Shown: piece after piece, positions 61,977 to 64,000 of the stretch | Layout: every line of letters begins with the position of its first letter | Numbering within the stretch: position 1 is the first letter of the stretch | From: Moniliella sp. 'wahieum' | Lineage: Eukaryota | Reading direction: 5' to 3' | Length of the DNA stretch: 64,000 bases | Assembly: GCA_003971905.1 (NCBI GenBank) | Contig: RSEE01000103.1 | Span: forward strand, 1 to 64,000 | Position numbers and translations under genes: made by a program | Notes under the pieces: model-generated | Database searches by the model: none | The model's input: the letters and a program-made list of their open reading frames with translations, nothing else | Told to the model about the DNA's origin: nothing

Positions 61977-63019
61977 TCATGCCGAGACGGTCGTTTGCGG
62001 CATCGTGTTTTGGACCGCCGCCTGGATCCGCCGCGAGCGGTTCCAGTCCACGGCCAGCTTGAATTGCTCAAAGAACATCCAGATCAGGATCGTGTTGGGC
62101 GTGAGACGGATCCAGGAGGGCACGTAGCCGCGGAACAGGAACTTGACCCCATCGGCGCGCAAGTTGGTCTTGAGCGTCTGCAGCCCCACCGACGCCGTCG
62201 GCGCGTTCATCAGCGTTGCCTTCACCACGTCTGCCGGGCTGGTCACTGTCGTTGCCACCGTGCCGGCCAGAAAGGAGGCGGTAAATGCAACACGGTGCCC
62301 TCGCTAAAGTAGCCCGTGCCAAGCAACGACGACTTGAACATGTCGTACGTTGCTAGCTGCGTCGCGTTCATCAGTACCGCCCGCACCAGGTTGGGCGCCA
62401 ACCCCCGGAACAGCGATCCCACCCCTTCCTCCCGTGCCATCCGCACCACGCCCGTCACTGCATCGTGGTAGTTGAACCGCTTCTCCACTGGCTTGTTCAG
62501 ATCGGACGTCATGCGCACCACATAATGTCTGTGCGCCGCGCACGCATCGCATCAGGCAGTCAGCTCAGGCCGATCGAAACGCACAACGCAAAGACATGTA
62601 TGCCAAAAGATGGAACGGCACGTACCAGCTGGGTTGCCCGCCACCCCACCAATCACACCGGCGCCCATTGCCGATAGGGCCAGCGCGGTGTTGGAGATGG
62701 ATCCATCGGGCGAACGGCGGGCCAAGACGTTTTTAAAGTGGTCGTAGGCGGCGAAGCGGGCGAGGGAGTAGGTCATCTGGCGCAAGACCGAGGCGGACAA
62801 GCCTTGGTACACACCAGCAATGCCATCTTGGCGTGCGGTGGTGACCAAGACAGAGGCCATGGACTTGCGCGCACCCGTCTGGGTTTGCATTCGGTTCTTG
62901 ACCGCATCGAGCGGGTGGGTGAAGACGACGGCGCAGGTGGCCGCCACGCCGCCGAGGTAGAAGGGATAGGGAGGGCCGGGGGGAGTCAGGCCCTTGGTCT
63001 GCTGGGCAATGGTCGACAT
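61977..63019 (-). CDS. DIC1: Mitochondrial dicarboxylate carrier
   Basis: YPFYLGGVAATCAVVFTHPLDAVKNRMQ, GLSASVLRQMTYSLARF, GNPA(intron 62529-62625)DIMVRM, RAVLMNATQLATYD, SPADVVK, PSWIRLTP. Confidence 0.92.
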
Positions 63020-64000
63020 GATGGGGAGCGGGGGGGGGGGGCAGGCGGGAGGACCGGGCAGGGCAAGGCAGGGACAAAGCGCGTCGAACGTCGACAGGAG
63101 CGGTGCGCGGTGCGGGAGAATTTTTTGCCTGGGGCGCTGCTCGGAGAGTTGAGACCTCGCACGGCCAACGCCAACGTGAACTCCGAGAAAAGCGATGGCC
63201 CGTGCAGTGGCCCCGTGCGGCGAACGCACCTGCTTGGGTAAGCAGCCGTCATCACCATCGAATCCGTCGGTAATCAATTAATCACCACTGCCCTTGGACG
63301 GATGGACACGAGCACGAGCCCAGGACAGGCCACGGTCACCGCCGAGCACACCCGCCCACACCGCTCCTGCGCACCAATCGCTCTCATCACCTCCTATCTC
63401 ATGGTGCACGGCGTCAAGTTTGCTTCGCCCTGTCTTCGTCTCCCCTGTCCTCTCCAGCGCATACACTGCCCTCCCAAAACCATCCCGTTTGTCATCCGTG
63501 TCGGTGATTAATTCCTTGGTCGTTGCAGGACATAGATACCGCCGGCTCGGGACCTCCGCGACACAAGAACTTGATACCACCTCTCTTGGAGCGAATGCAG
63601 CGGTAGGGACGCGTCCTAATGATCCACACTCTGTCACGTTCGGAAGGAGATTGATATGCAGGAGAGCAGACCACTGGTAGCGCGGCAAGGTGTTGTTCCT
63701 AGAACCCTGAGTACCTCAGAAGAAAGGGGGCTATGAAGCAACAGGATTAACAGGATTGCAGTCATGAAAAAGGAGACTGTTGATTGAATATTGAGAGGTG
63801 CGTCCCCCATGGCTAACTGCCAGAATCCTAACAAGCAGGGGGTCTGTTTTCAACACAAGGGGCTAGCTAGTACCGCAGGTGTGTGCGGGGGCGGATGCTA
63901 CAAAAGCCATGGGCGGCAGAAAGGCCGGGTGATGACCCGCGTCAGGCGTCAGGGGGTGGGTCAGCGCTCAGCCTGAGCTACGCACTGACAGTGCGAGGCG

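Noticed and set aside
7852..63019. Frameshifts suggesting mass pseudogenisation or programmed frameshifting
   Set aside because: Indels hit conserved housekeeping genes (TEL2, PEX19, DSK2) and invariant rRNA motifs alike, often at homopolymers; best explained as long-read consensus error.

Overview
Eukaryotic genomic DNA from a GC-rich basidiomycete fungus. The 5.8S start and the 18S helix-45 variant look like Ustilaginomycotina; the very short ITS suggests a divergent yeast lineage, and I did not determine the genus. The window opens with one rDNA unit (5' spacer, 18S, ITS1, 5.8S, ITS2, 28S). The 28S stops abruptly near 5237 and is followed by about 2.4 kb of unidentified sequence. The rest is gene-dense: a 5-oxoprolinase split into two head-to-head genes, TEL2, DSK2, tRNA-Glu, PEX19, an OPT transporter and an F-box gene in a lower-GC repeat-remnant island, PRP38, NAD(P)HX epimerase, tRNA-Ser, ERV2, endonuclease V, a GH5 EGCrP/EGH1-type glucosidase, DIC1 and several hypothetical genes. 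Almost every gene, and the rRNA, carries 1-2 nt indels, often at homopolymers. I read these as unpolished long-read errors rather than pseudogenes, so many CDS ends are approximate. The best leads are (1) the fissioned, divergently transcribed 5-oxoprolinase with GATA sites in the shared promoter, (2) a compensated substitution in the 18S decoding helix, (3) the 28S break at the R1/R2 retroelement hotspot, and (4) diverged repeats bracketing the OPT gene. All family assignments come from motif recognition by eye; no database searches were run.
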